Position numbers and translations under genes: made by a program
Shown here: positions 42,101 to 55,600 of the stretch, one piece after another
How the letters are laid out: each line of letters begins with the position of its first letter
How positions within the stretch are numbered: position 1 is the stretch's first letter
NCBI GenBank assembly: GCA_964016885.1
Contig: OZ024743.1
Span: forward strand, 155,124,001-155,188,000
Reading direction: 5' to 3'
DNA: 64,000 bases
Source: Eledone cirrhosa
Lineage: Eukaryota
Notes under the pieces: generated by a model
Databases searched by the model: none
Seen by the model: the letters and a program-made list of their open reading frames with translations, nothing else
What the model was told of the DNA's origin: nothing

Positions 42101-42490
42101 GTGTCCGGCAGGTTTTCATTTCTCAAGGCTTCCCAGTGTGTCTGTTTTCTTCGACTTAGTTTTTGGTTCCAAATATTTTTCATTTGGTTTCTTTTTATGA
42201 AAGCTTCTTTTTCCAGATTCAGTTAATTCCATTTTGAACGCATTTTGAACAATGGAATTCTGGTCGTGTGTAGCTATTTCAGAGGGTGACATTTGTTCTG
42301 GTTTCTGGCGGGCCGCAATTAGGGAATCGAGTTTTCCCTATAGTTGCGTGTTTGTTGTTCATTTCATGTACGGCATTAGTGAGTCGTACTTATTCATTCT
42401 TATGGAGCGTTTTCTTCAGATTTCATGTAATATTGTCTCCGATTTGAGGGATTCATTAATACATTTTAAATCTGTTTTAGCCATTCTGGC
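39110..42490 (-). pseudogene. Decayed near-full-length Penelope/Poseidon/Neptune-type PLE
   Basis: FGLPKVHK, FDVTSLYT, YLQIKGTSMGTKVSPTYATLAMG, HPSHSKRNIPF, YIGETG and EQFLIRKYKP, with many stops and frameshifts. Confidence 0.85.
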
Positions 42491-43129
42491 GTGTACAAAG
42501 TGGTAGAATATTAAAAAATGTGTGAAATACTTGGTACAGTTAGTATATTTGAAAAGAGGAAAAGAATGTCTTCACTTGTAGTTCTAAACCATTTGATTTA
42601 ATTTCATAATATTATATTGTCATGGAAGCGACTATAACTGTTGGTGTACATAAAATAAATAGAAAGAAAATCTCTCTCAAAAGATTTCCCACTGCCATAT
42701 AGGTAAAAGTTGGTGAAAGCTACATTGTAAAAATATTAATTAACCCAGGCTGTGCTGCATATTGGGCCGCGTAAGTTCTCCAAATATCGGTCGCTCTCCG
42801 ACAGGTTTTTTATTGAGCCCATAGCAATAGCAATGGAGACGAGACTTATGTTGTCCTTGGCTCTAGGACTACCTCCTAACTCACCAAAATCGGCACAGAG
42901 CTGGCTCCGCGCAGTAGTGAGCCTCGCAAACTGGAATGGATATTCCACAGCGTTTCCCTCACCATCCCCTATTCCGATCGACTGGGCTGCTGGGCGGCTA
43001 GCGCGTGGGCCAAAATTTGCTCATAATAGTGAGTGATGAGGTGATCAGGCGAGGTGGAGGCAATGAGAGTGGGAGCTAGGTCCTTTGTGTATACGTATAT
43101 ATTTACCACACTTACCCACATATAAATAA

Positions 43130-43680
43130 ACTTTCCTGAATTACAGAAATGTGTAAGTAAATTCTTCTGCTAGATGCTCTCCTTGGTGTTATATTCTATT
43201 TCGGGGTTTATTGGTACTCTGTTGTGTGGAAGTTTTATTATTATATTGATATATTATACATAACGAGATTACATGACGAGATTTATGGATCCTCTGCTAG
43301 GAGTTCTGTGAGTCTCCTTTCCTAATATATCATATATAGGCTGGCAATATAGCCAGCTATGTTGACGCCGATGGCTACTTCTTTATCTTGGGTCTAAAGT
43401 TTCTTATTAATATTGAATATGTGGCCTTTATGTTAGTTTTAATAATAGCCCCTACTGCATCTGCGATCATTTTTCTCACTGTAGTTGCTAACTATATTGG
43501 CTCTGCATCCAGGTCATCTTTAGGGTCCTGTTATAGGGTGGGTCGCTGTTTTATGGTCTTTGCGGAGCCTAAACAGTGATTGTATATTGTTGTCAGAAAC
43601 TTGGAATTTATTGGATGTGCGTCTAACTGGTTTTAGTTTATCAGTCCCCATCATCACATGTGAATTCAGGATCCCTTCTC
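43130..43680 (-). pseudogene. Naiad/Chlamys-like PLE reverse transcriptase fragment (absent from the ORF track)
   Basis: Manual translation: LFRLRKDHK...GP*R*PGC; RKMIADAVGAIIK..GHIFNINKKL*TQDKEVAIGVNIAGYIASLYMIY*ERRL; SRYV.NINI (decayed YVDD). Confidence 0.65.
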
Positions 43681-44335
43681 TTTCTTCATGTGGCTGTCAC
43701 ACATACACACACACCCACACGCGCACACACACACACACATATATATAAATATATATATGTATTTCGTATATCTAAAGATAAATGGTATTTTTATGGATCA
43801 GCGAAATTATAATGAGGTGTCCTTTTACATCATGGGTCATAGGCCTAACGTACCAGGACAAGACAGAGTCTGATTGTTCCACCATGGGTACTGTTTCTTT
43901 CGTGACTCAAATTCCCTCCCCAATTTCTTTATTATTACACATATACGTTTGTGCTTACCGATCTAGCATTGGCCCCATTCACGTTTACCCCGTTATCACA
44001 CGCGTGGTTGTACATTCACAGCTAGATTACTGTGGCTCTCCTATGGTCAGAAACATGTACACTTACAGCTGATACAGATCAACTAGATACGCACACACAC
44101 CTATACTTTTCTTTCACATACAGAAACACAAACAAACACTCCCTTATATTAACATACCTTTTCTCACAGCTTCGTACTTGCAATTACACAGAAATACAAA
44201 TACACACGTATACATGTATAATTCTATATATAACTCGATTTATTTTCCAATTTCAGGTAGACGCGCTCCACCGTCCACCTTTCTAAAAAGTAGATCAGAC
44301 ACATAATGCCTACATACATACATAAATACATACAT

Positions 44336-44454
<119 letters not shown>

Positions 44455-44455
44455 G

Positions 44456-44546
<91 letters not shown>

Positions 44547-44547
44547 G

Positions 44548-44583
<36 letters not shown>

Positions 44584-44767
44584 GAACAATGTGGAGATTT
44601 TAAATAGAAGATTTATTGCCTTAATCCTGCATACACATATTTCCCAACCAGATGGCTCCTGATCTGGGATGGCAACCCCAAGACCGGACACCATGATAGG
44701 CTGATCCTCAGACCAATGTTACCAGGACAAAAATCATGCATATGTATGTTTGTGTGTGTATATATAT

Positions 44768-44829
<62 letters not shown>

Positions 44830-44830
<1 letters not shown>

Positions 44831-45290
44831 GTACAACCCGTCTCATGGTTGGGTCGTTCGCGACTAAACTGGAGACCCCACCAAAGATTTTTTGGTGAGC
44901 AGGGTGACTCTGGACATCCTGCAGGATTAAAAACAAAACCTGTCAAAGGGAAAATGAGCTCTTAAGAGTCAATGGCCATCCAAAATCACCGGGAGAGATG
45001 ACAACTTAGCCTTTGTCAAGCAGAATTCTAGGAGAAGGAAAAGTCTGATATAACACCTGCAACTCTGATGGTATCCAATGATGTTGACTTGTTCTTCTTT
45101 TTGCTAAATATCATCTTGGTTAAGAGAGTGGGACTGGATTTGTGCAGTGCCATTGCTCACTATAAAAGCTTCACGGCACAGGCATTGCCTTATATCTAGA
45201 GATCTCTCTGCACATGTCTTCACATGGAACCATGGGCCCAGCACTATGTGTCAATAATTGTCACATGTGTAGTGTTTGTACCACAGTTTT
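44830..45290 (+). mobile_element. Interspersed repeat resembling an RTE 5' UTR; related copy at about 51150-51425
   Basis: ttctaggagaagg, gagagtggg.ctgg and cacaggcattgc are shared in the same order at both loci. Confidence 0.5.
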
Positions 45291-45508
45291 CAAGTCGCTG
45301 GCTCGACTAAAAAGTCACACTCGTTCACCGCATCGGCAGGGATTCTCCTACATGGATATAAAGTAGTAGCCGTACTCGAAAACATGTTGGCAGCCACTAT
45401 GTATACACATGCGTGCATACATGCATGCCTACATACATACATAGTCTGATGAATATCGAGTGCTAATTTTGGCATACCGCCTATGGAAGCACCATAGCTA
45501 TACACAAC

Positions 45509-45585
<77 letters not shown>

Positions 45586-45639
45586 GTGGTGGACAAATAA
45601 GACATACGAGAACAGACCGTTACAACATGTTTATTTAAA

Positions 45640-45685
45640 ACACCATTTACGTACGTTTCGCCCGGATGGGCTTCTCAAGGGCATA
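45640..45685 (-). ncRNA. Minimal hammerhead variant with U3-A8 core
   Basis: Reverse complement: atgccc TTGAGAA GCCC-ATCC-GGGC GAAA CGTACG TA aatggtgt; helix I is imperfect next to the core. Confidence 0.7.
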
Positions 45686-46019
45686 AATAAATAAAAAGTG
45701 TTCCTTACATGGCCCGGAAATTGTTTTTGGAGATAAGTTCACATCAGAGGTAATTCTCCGCAAAAAAGCGTATTTTGATTTGGCAGTAGGTCAAGGGAGG
45801 TAACTTGTCCTGTCTTATGCATATACATACACATACATATATACATATACATATATATATATACATTCACACACACAAACACACAGCCATGCAAATACAC
45901 ACATATATACATATACATACATATACGTATATATATATATATATACATATAGGAAAAAGTATCACCCCGACAGCAGAGCTCAAGCCGTTTCTGAGGCTAT
46001 TATGTATATATACACACAT

Positions 46020-46860
46020 ACAAAATGATATAAAAAAAAAAGGTGGGTATGTAAAGGGTAAGGTAGAAGGTAGGGGGGAATAAGGAAAATAAATGACATA
46101 GGAAAAGGTTTAAATATAAAGGAAGATAAAGGAGAAAAAGTATATAAGAGTACAGAAAGTGAGTTCAGAAGGTAAAAACTCGTAGTGGATGTAATGCGTA
46201 GAGAGCAGTGAAGTTCAAGGTGGTTGAGTTATCGTAGGAATGTCAATATAGTTACAGATCAGATGTGATTTCAGGTGAGGACAACATCTGAATATCTCGG
46301 TCTTGGAGATCAGGCAAGTTGAAGTGGCTTTCTTTTTTTGTAAAATCCTAAATTGTTCAGTGGTACACAAAGAACAATTCTTTGTGCCCCTTTGGTACTC
46401 CCTCGAATGTTCTAAAATCGCCAATCGATAGAGTACGGGATGTTTTTATCATTGAATTCCCACACCTTTTTTTGCGAGAGCCGTTGCTGTTCTTTTATCG
46501 GAGTGTTTAAAAGAAGCGACATGTGCATAAAACCTGGTTTTAAACCTATCCTGGGTCATGCCAACATATCGTTCACTCCTGGCTGGCTGGTTGTTAATTT
46601 AAGTTATCACTTTGGCCTCATATACAACGGATGTGGTGTCACATTTGCCCTGTAATGGGCATTCATCCGGCTTCCTGCAACTGCATTCTAGATTTATTCT
46701 CGCACGATTAGAATTAGTGATTTTAGACTTCAATGATGGGCGGCAAGAGTAACTGATTTTAACTACATTTCTATTAAATATATATATAATATCTATGATT
46801 AGCAGGAAAATGTTTGTGTAACGGGTCAAGGAATTTCCTTCCTACATTAGTTTCGGACTA
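46020..46860 (-). pseudogene. Inverted 3' fragment of a Hydra-clade-like PLE (linker + GIY-YIG + UTR)
   Basis: IFNRNVVKISYSC, CSCRKPDECPLQGKC, CSLCTTE, CCPH; diverged reverse complement of 48220-49050. Confidence 0.92.
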
Positions 46861-49060
46861 TTCAATGCTGATATTAATGATTGTTTTGATATAAAATCAC
46901 GTGAATACCCACCTAGAATTAAAGACATGGCCAACATCGAATTAGACCTTGTTACTTTAATTAGTGATATCAAATTTCGTAAGTACAATAATAATGTTCA
47001 AACTAAACTGTCTACCGATATTTCTAATTTTAAAAATTCTACAAACACTTTTGTTCTTTCCGATAAAACTAAATATCTCTTTGAAGTTAATATTATTTTG
47101 TATAACCAACTTTTAACTAATAGTATCACCAACAAATATCAATTAACTAATAATAACATCTGCAATACTATTAATAAAGAAGCTAAAGAACTAGCTATTT
47201 CTTTAAAAATAGACAACCGCATTGAAAGCCTAGCTAAACGTAAAGCATATATTACCCTTAAAGACAATAAATTAGACTTTACTAATCGACCTAGTTGTAG
47301 ACTGATTAAGCAGGCTAAATCCGAAGTTGGCCTTGCAAGTAAAAAAATCTTAAGAAAAATAATTCTCCAAATTAGAACTAAGACTGACTTATAACAATGG
47401 TTAAATACATCCTCTGTTATTTCTTGGTTTAATAATATGCAAGGTAAAAATAAGTGTAGATTTACCCAATTTGATATTGTTGATTTGTACCCCTCTATTA
47501 CTGTTTCCTTATTAACTAATGCCTTAAATTTTGCCAGACCGTTCATTAATATTTCTAAATTAGAAGAAGACATTATCTTTCATGTTGAGAAATACTTTAC
47601 TCTTTACTAATGAAAGTATTTGGGTTAAAAAGTCAAACCCTGAAAACTCTTTTGATGTTGCAATGGGTTCATATGACAGTGCGGATGTGTGTGACTTAGT
47701 AGGATTATTCCTTCTCCACACCTTCAAAGAGAAATTTCCTTCCCATAATATCGGTTTATACTGTGACGACGGATTGGCAGTTTCTCATACCATCAACGGC
47801 CAAAACCTTGATAAATTCCGTAAAGATGTAATCAATACTTTTGCTAATCTTAACCTTATAATTACTATAGATACGAACCTTACCAATGCGCTAACTTTCT
47901 TGACATTAATCTTGATCTACTTACTGCCTCTTTTAAACATTATCATAAACCTAACGAAAATCTTAGATATATACACAATGAGTCTTGCCATCCCCCTATA
48001 GTTTTTAAAAATCTTATTCCCAACATTAGCCGTAGGATTTCTACCTTATATACGTCTCTAGACATATTTAATAAAGCCACTCCTTATTATAATAAACCCC
48101 TTAATAACAGCGGATTTACAGAACACATTAATTATTTACCTACTCCTACCCCTAAAACTAACCACGATAATAGGAAAAGGAAAATTATTTGGTTTACACC
48201 CCCTTCTCTCTAACTGTCAAATCTAATGTAGGAAGGAAATTCCGCGACCTTTTAGACAAACATTTCCTCCTAAGCATAGATATTATAAGATATTTAATAG
48301 AAATGTAGTTAAAATCAGTTACACTTGCTGCCCATCAATGAGGTCTAAAATCACTAATTCTAATCGTACGAGAATAAATCCAGGATGCACTTGCAGGAAG
48401 CCAGATGAATGACATTACAGGGCAAATATAACACCAAATCCGTTGTATATCAGGCCAAAGTGACACCTTTAATTAGCAACCAGCCAGCCAGGAGTGAACG
48501 ATATGTTAGCCTGACGCAGCACAGGTTTGAAACTAGGTTTCATGCACATGTCGCTTCTTTTAAACACTCCGATAAAAGAACAGCAACGGCTTTCGCAAAT
48601 AAGGTGTGGGAATTCAAGGATAAAAACATCCCGTACTCTATCGATTGGTCTATTTTAGACCATTCGAGGGAGTAACAGAGAGGCACAACAAATTTTTCTT
48701 TGTGTACCACTGACAAATTTAGGATTTTACAAAACTTGAGAGCCACTTCAACTTGCCTGAACTCCAAGACAGAGATCTTCAGATGTTGTCCTCACCTGAA
48801 ATCACATCTGATCTGTAACTGGATTGACATTCCTACGATAACTCAACCACCTTGAACTTCTCTGATCTCTACGCATTACATCCACTACGAGTTTTTACTT
48901 TCTGAACTCACTTTCTGTATTCTTATATTATTTTTCTCCCTTATCTCCCCTTTATATTTAAACCTTTTCCTATGTCATTTATTTACCTTATTTTTCCCTC
49001 TACTTTCTACCTTACCCTTTACATACCCACCTTTTTTATTTGTAGATATTTATTTCTCTG
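46861..49060 (+). pseudogene. Near-full-length Hydra-clade-like PLE with stops and frameshifts
   Basis: AYITLKDNK..F..RPSCRLI, QFDIVDLYPSI, FDVAMGSYDSADVCDLVG, LYCDDGL, IIWFTPP, RYVSLTQHRFETRFHAH. Confidence 0.95.
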
Positions 49061-49078
49061 TGTGTGTGTGCGTGTTGC

Positions 49079-49154
<76 letters not shown>

Positions 49155-49299
49155 ATGTATGTGTATATATGTTTATATATATATGTATGTATATGTATGT
49201 GTATATATGTTTATATATATATATATATATGTATGTATATGTATGTGTGTATATAATTGTATTGTATATGCTTCTGTTGTATTTGTGTGTGTGTATATA

Positions 49300-49370
<71 letters not shown>

Positions 49371-49420
49371 GTATGTATATGTATGTATATATGTGTGTAT
49401 TTACTTAGCTGTGTGTGTCA

Positions 49421-49465
<45 letters not shown>

Positions 49466-49567
49466 GTATTTTGCAAAACACTTTATGCTTAATTAAAAGC
49501 ATTTTGAAGACCGTAAGCTATTGTTTTACAGTAGTGTCAAATTCACTTACTTTGATCTCAGCAAACA

Positions 49568-49630
49568 GGGGAGATAAGCCGACAAGGCCTTGTTTCGCTT
49601 TGGTTGAAGCTTATCAAGGCTAACTACCCC
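49568..49630 (-). ncRNA. Hammerhead ribozyme variant with U3-A8 core and well-formed helices
   Basis: Reverse complement: GGGGtagttAGCC TTGATAA GCTT-caacca-AAGC GAAA CAAGGCCTTG TC GGCTtatctCCCC. Confidence 0.82.
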
Positions 49631-49671
49631 TCCTGTCTACCGAGATCACTGATGTTATATTCTTATAGAAA

Positions 49672-49770
49672 TCTAGTAAATAATCAGGAGCTGATTATGC
49701 AGAGCGGTTGTAACCCAACAGTCTAGTAAATAATCAGGAGCTGATTATGCAGAGCGTTGTAACCCAACAA
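49672..49770 (+). repeat. 50-bp tandem duplication joined to the family A 3' terminus
   Basis: tctagtaaataatcaggagctgattatgcagagcg(g)ttgtaacccaaca occurs twice; the following atcttaaataaaacttttgca matches 38910-38930. Confidence 0.85.
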
Positions 49771-49786
49771 TCTTAAATAAAACTTT

Positions 49787-49848
<62 letters not shown>

Positions 49849-50266
49849 AGAGTTAAACAACGTTCAATGAATACTTCTAAGAATGAGTTTTACATACATG
49901 TGTGTGTATGTATTTGTATGTATGTGTGTGTGTATATGTATATATTCAGATGTAAGTAAATGTAAAATGTAAAATATAAATAAGGATTGCTCTGGTAAGA
50001 TATACTAAAATATTTGTGTAACTTTCACAAACTTCTGTCATGACATTCCCGAGCCCAGTGACCCAAAGAATTGTTGTATTTTGATATATAACATGGCTAA
50101 AATTGAAATTTTGCAAAGAGAAGAAAACGGGCAAATGAACTAGATAAATCTCACTGTCCTCCACCACCACATTAAAGTCTACACTCTCTCCCGACCATCA
50201 CATGTCATTAACCTATCTAGACTAAAGTCATCGACCTGTTGTCAAACTCTCTAACCTGTGTTGAAC

Positions 50267-50339
<73 letters not shown>

Positions 50340-50659
50340 TATATATGTATGTATATGTGTGTATATACATCACTCAGTCATACGACAAGATTTCAACCCC
50401 AACATCTACAACAATACAGGCACTAATGTTAACAGCAACAACAGCTTCAGAATGAATTGAAATGAACATTTACAACAACAACAGCGGCATCAAACGATAA
50501 AAAAAACAACAAGCAAACAAAAAAGCTGAAAATAACAAAACACACACACACGCACACAACACAACAACAACATCAACTGTCATCACCACCACCACCACCA
50601 CCGCCGCCATCTCCATCACCAGCAACCGGGCCTTAAGAAAACAACTTTAATAATGATAA

Positions 50660-50810
50660 TTGTTCTGCTTTTGGCACGAATCCAGCGACTGGTCCAGCTA
50701 ATTACTGGTACTCTCTTTTGTTGACTCCGTGGGTATGAAAGGCTAGGTTGACCTCGGTAGGATTTAAGCTTAGAGCATGGAGAGCCATAGCTCTATGCCG
50801 TAAAGCAATT
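50660..50810 (-). mobile_element. Diverged tRNA/Meta-type SINE copy (tail fragment also at 50905-50955)
   Basis: actggtactc...tgaaaggctaggttgacctcggtaggattt resembles 31888-31955. Confidence 0.7.
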
Positions 50811-50970
50811 ATAATAATACTGGACAGTAATACGAACGGCTTCAACTATACAAACTCTTGAAAGTTAACATTTGACATAATCTTGTAATCTTGTATCAGT
50901 AATTGTTTCTACTTTAGTCACAAGGCCAGCAATTACCCAGTGCATTACTGTATCAGTAATGACGGTAATG

Positions 50971-51009
<39 letters not shown>

Positions 51010-51479
51010 AAGTGTGTAGCGTGTGTGTGTTTGTTTGTATGTATGAGTGTTGCAGTGTGCGCGCGTATGTATGCGTGTGTGTGTTCGTGCGTATGCATGC
51101 GCGTGTGCGTATGTCGTACGTATAAATGTCAATAAGTGATTTTTTTTTTTTTGCGCGGACACATAGAAATAATCGGGCTGGATGCCCCATCGCGCAGTTA
51201 AACCACTGGGAGTCAAGAACCCCTAGCCCTTCTTAGGGCATTCTTCTAGGAGAAGGCATCTCACGAAACTGGGTTAACTTCGACATAAAATCTGCGGCTC
51301 AGTAGTTACTCAGTAGTTCTTTTCGGGTTATAGCCACTCTCGCTCAGAGAGTGGGCTTGGCTCAGTGCACAGTCTTTCCTCACTTTAAACATATTCGTCA
51401 CGCACAGGCATTGCACGAGTGCATTAATAATTATTAATAGTGTATTATTATTATTAGTAGTATTGTTATTATTATAATT

Positions 51480-52620
51480 CTTTGAGTCTCAGTCGTAGAT
51501 GTTAGTTAACTGGAAAGTTTGTTGAAATGAATATCAATCCACTACCTGCAGCCTCAGATATTCAGGACGTATCGGAGGGTTATATCTGTTCCCAGCAAGC
51601 ATGCCTTTTGAAGCGTTCGAAAAAGCGTGAAGGGGCCAATTTTCTTTAACCATCCCTGGAAACTTTTTGAGATAGTACCTAGTGCGCCTATAACAATCGG
51701 GACCACTTTGAGTTCATGGCAGTTCCAAATCCTTTTTATCTCCCACTTTAAGTCCTGGTATCGGTTAATTTTCTCCCTCTCCTTCTCTTGCACTCTTGTG
51801 CCGAATGGGCAGGCCACATCCACAATCAGGCACGATCTTTTTTCTTTGTACACAACCATCAGGTCAGGTCTATTATGTTCCAGTTTCTTGTCCGTCTGTA
51901 TAGTAAAATCCCACAGCATCTTCACCTGATCGTTTTCTATCACCGACTCTGGCTTATGCTGATACCACTTCTCAGAATGTGGAAAATTGTTTACTTTGCA
52001 TAGGTGCCAGTGGATCACCCTGCCCATCACATCATGTCTCCAGCCCTTATAGTGAGTCTGGGCTAGGTGTTTACACTCGGATCTAATGTGAGCAACAATC
52101 TCCTCTCTCTCTGCACAGAACCTGCACAGTGGGCTAGCCTCCTCCTTGTAAATATGGTGTTTCAACCACTTCGTTTTGAGGGCCTGCTCCTGCGCAGCCA
52201 TTAACATTCCTTCTGTAGCCTTTTTAAGGTCTCCTCTTTTCAACCAGTTCCATGTCTGTGCATCTCTCAATTCAGTTTTCTCAAAGAAGGTACTATGAAG
52301 GGATTGTTCCTGAAGGTTGTCTCTTTCTCCTTGATGTTATTTCCTCCTTGGACATCCCCTGGCCTATTGTCCCCTCCTTCAGTACAGTTCTGAGCATTGG
52401 CTCCTTACTATCAGTCACGTATTTGTGTAGATTGTTTTTCTCCATCTGAACACAGTCCTCTATGCTGATAAGACCACTTCCAACCTCAGATCTCCTTAAG
52501 TAGAGTCTATCGACATCACTCCTCTTGTGGAACATGTTGTAGATAGTCAATAGCTTCCTAGTCTTCCTATCCATTTGTTTTTGTTCAGCACCATTCCATC
52601 TCAGAATTCCCGCACTGTAC
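51480..52620 (-). mobile_element. 5'-truncated R4/Dong-like non-LTR retrotransposon (zinc knuckle + restriction-like endonuclease) within (TAA)n
   Basis: CRFC..EIVAHIRSEC, RHD, NRPD, IVDVACP, VVPIVIGALG; (TTA)n on both sides; same family as 60700-61840. Confidence 0.95.
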
Positions 52621-52689
52621 CTAATTATTATTATTATTATTATTATTATTGTTACTATTATTATTACTCTTTTTTTTTCTTTTTTTTTT

Positions 52690-55600
52690 CCAATTCAATG
52701 TTATTCCGGAACAATATAAAAGAGATAATTGGCAATTTAGGTTCTGGAACAAAAAAGATAATTGGCAATAAGGGCAGGGGCCCCAGGTTATCACAGCCTG
52801 GGCCCGCTCGTCATCGTGCCACTGTAATAGAACCAAACAAGGCATTTAGTCTTGGCTACTGGAACGTACGGACGCTGCTTGACAGGGATTCCTTGGAGCG
52901 TCGTGAAAGAAGGACCGCTCTTGTTGCAAAGGAGCTTCGACGTTACGATCTTGACATCGTGGCTTTATCGGAGACGGGGTTAGCTGGAGATGGTCATCTT
53001 ACAGAATGTTGTGGAGAATATACATTCTTCTGGATAGGAAGAGATGAAGGAACCAGAAGAGAGCCTGGGGTAGGATTTGCTGTTAAGACTGTTCTTGTGA
53101 ATACATTAGAAGAATTCTCAGTAGGGATTAGTGAGAGTCTTAAGTCCATGATAATTCCGCTGGACAAAGGAAGATATGCGATCCTGGTGAGGGTGTATTC
53201 CCCAACTATGAATTCTGTCTATGAAGAAAATGTGTCCTTTTACCATGCCTTGAAAAGTGTTTTAAGAAATAACCCTCAGGCAGACAATGTCATCGTGCTT
53301 GTTGACTTGAATGCTAGAGTGGGTAGGGATTGTAACACATGGAATGTAATCGGAAGGCATGGGGTGGGAAAGTGTAACAACAATGGTATGCTCCTGCTGC
53401 AGATGTGTGAGGAGCTGGATCTGTGTGTTACCAACACCATGTTCCAACAAAAGAACAAATTCAAGACCACATGGATGCATCCTGCATCTAAGGAATGGCA
53501 TCTTTTGGACTACGTGCTAGTCAGGATGCATGACAGACAGGATGTGCATTGTGTTCGTGCTCTTCGCGGAGCTGAGTGCTGGACGGACCACCGCCTGGTA
53601 CGCGCAAAAGTGAAACTAATCACTAAACGTAAAATCCGGGCTCCTGGTGTTGCCCTGCCCAAAAGATTGAATGCTGCTCGTCTTAAGGATAAAAGTGTGA
53701 AGAGGACATTGGAAGAAGAGATGCAGGTTGCAGATCTTGTTGAGGATTGGCCGACTCTTAAAAAGTCGGTTTATCATGTAGGTAGGCGTATTCTGGGATT
53801 GGTGCACAGAAATCATCAGGACTGGTTTAATGAGAATGATGTACATATAGAAGACTTGTTGGCTGATAAGAGGCTTGCTCTGTCACGCTACTTGACGGCA
53901 AAACCAGAGGAGAGGAATACGTTCCATGAGGAATTCAAGGATGTAAAATCACGTGTTAGGCGGAGTCTTACTCAGATGAAGGATCAGTGGTGGAGTGAGA
54001 AGGCTGGAGAGATACAAACCGCGTCAGATTCCAATAACACAAGGCTGTAGTACAGTCTTTTATGTGAGGTTTATGGACCGTCTTCTTCTCTGGTGACACC
54101 GCTTCGCAGCAAGGAGGGCAAATAATTTCTTGGTGACTCACACTACGAAGGTGGCGAGAGCACTTTGATGATCTTTCGAATCAGCCGTCTGTCGTCAGTG
54201 AAGATTTCCTCAATTTCATTCCGGAAAGTCCTGTGAAAGTAGCTCTCGCAGAACCTCCGACGCTTGTGGAGGTTGCAGTGGCTATCTCGAAGCTGAACAG
54301 TCGAAGGTCTCCAGGTATGGATGGCATACATGCTGAGCTCCTACAATATGGTGGTGAGAGACTCCTCCAACATCTTCACTCTTTGTCTGGCAGGATATGG
54401 GCTAATGAATCTGTACCTGAGGAGTGGAGAGATGCAGTAATGGTGGTCTTGTACAAGAGAAAGGGTAACAGGAATCATTGTGGGAACTACAGAGGAATAT
54501 CATTGCTTTCTATCGCAGGCAAAGTCTTCTGTAGGGTGCTTCTGGACCGTCTACTGACACATATTGCAGATTGTGTTCTTCCTGAAAGTCAATCTGGTTT
54601 TCGTGCTGGACGCGGCACTACATATATGATTTTCTCAGCTAGACAGCTCCAGGAGAAGTGCATGAAACAAGGTTTGGATCTGTATCAGGTTTTTGTTGAT
54701 CTGACAAAAGCTTTCGATACTGTTAACAGAGATGCATTATGGAAGGTTCTCCAGAAACTTGGTTACCCTGATAAGTTCCTTGCTTTAGTTAGGTCTTTCC
54801 ATGACGACATGATGGCTTGGGTTAATGTAAGAGGTAACATGTCGGATCCTATCGCAGTAAAAAATGGAGTGAAACGGGGATATTTCAGCACCGACCCTGT
54901 TTGCCATATACTTTGCAATGGTTTTCTGTATTGCATTCAGGAATTGCGAGCATGGTGTTTACATCCGATATCGAACCTCAGGCAGCCTATTTAACATCAG
55001 GCGCTTTGCTGCAAAGACAAAAGAATTTACATCAATCATAAGATACCTCTTGTATGCAGATGATTTGATCTTGTAGCGCACACAGAGAGTGATATGCAGC
55101 ACATTTTGAATGCATTTTCTGACGCATTTTCTGACGCTTGCACTGCCCTAGGATTGACTGTCATTGACTGTCAGTACACTGAACCAAATATCTATGTGTA
55201 TGGTAAACGACTTGGAGTGGTCGATCAGTTTGTCTGCCTGGGAAGGACTGTCAATCGATACAGCAACCTTGACAGTGAAATCTCACTTAGGATTAGGAAA
55301 GCAAGTGATGCTTTCGGAAAGCTAGAAAGGCGACTCTGGGGTCGGCGAGACATATCCAGGAGGACAAAGTTAAAGGTGTACAAGGCATGTGTGCTCTCTT
55401 GTCTACTTTATGCCTGCGAGACCTGCGTCACATATCGACACCACCTTAAGCAATGGAGCGTTTCCATCAAATGTGTCTCAGACAGATCCATGGCGTTCAC
55501 TGGAGGGACCACATCAGTGATGTTGATATTTTGGAAAGCTCTATGTGTGACAGTATAGAAGCTCTTGTGCTTAAGCAACGACTCCGTTGGAGTGGTCACC

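Noticed and set aside
43501-43576. In-frame TGA in the Naiad-like RT as selenocysteine
   Set aside because: The TGA falls at the conserved Arg of the RP motif (CGA>TGA decay), TAA/TAG stops are also present, and no SECIS was seen.
52575-52697. N-terminus of the 491-aa ORF
   Set aside because: Read-through of antisense R4 sequence and (TTA)n/poly-T; the RTE protein starts downstream.
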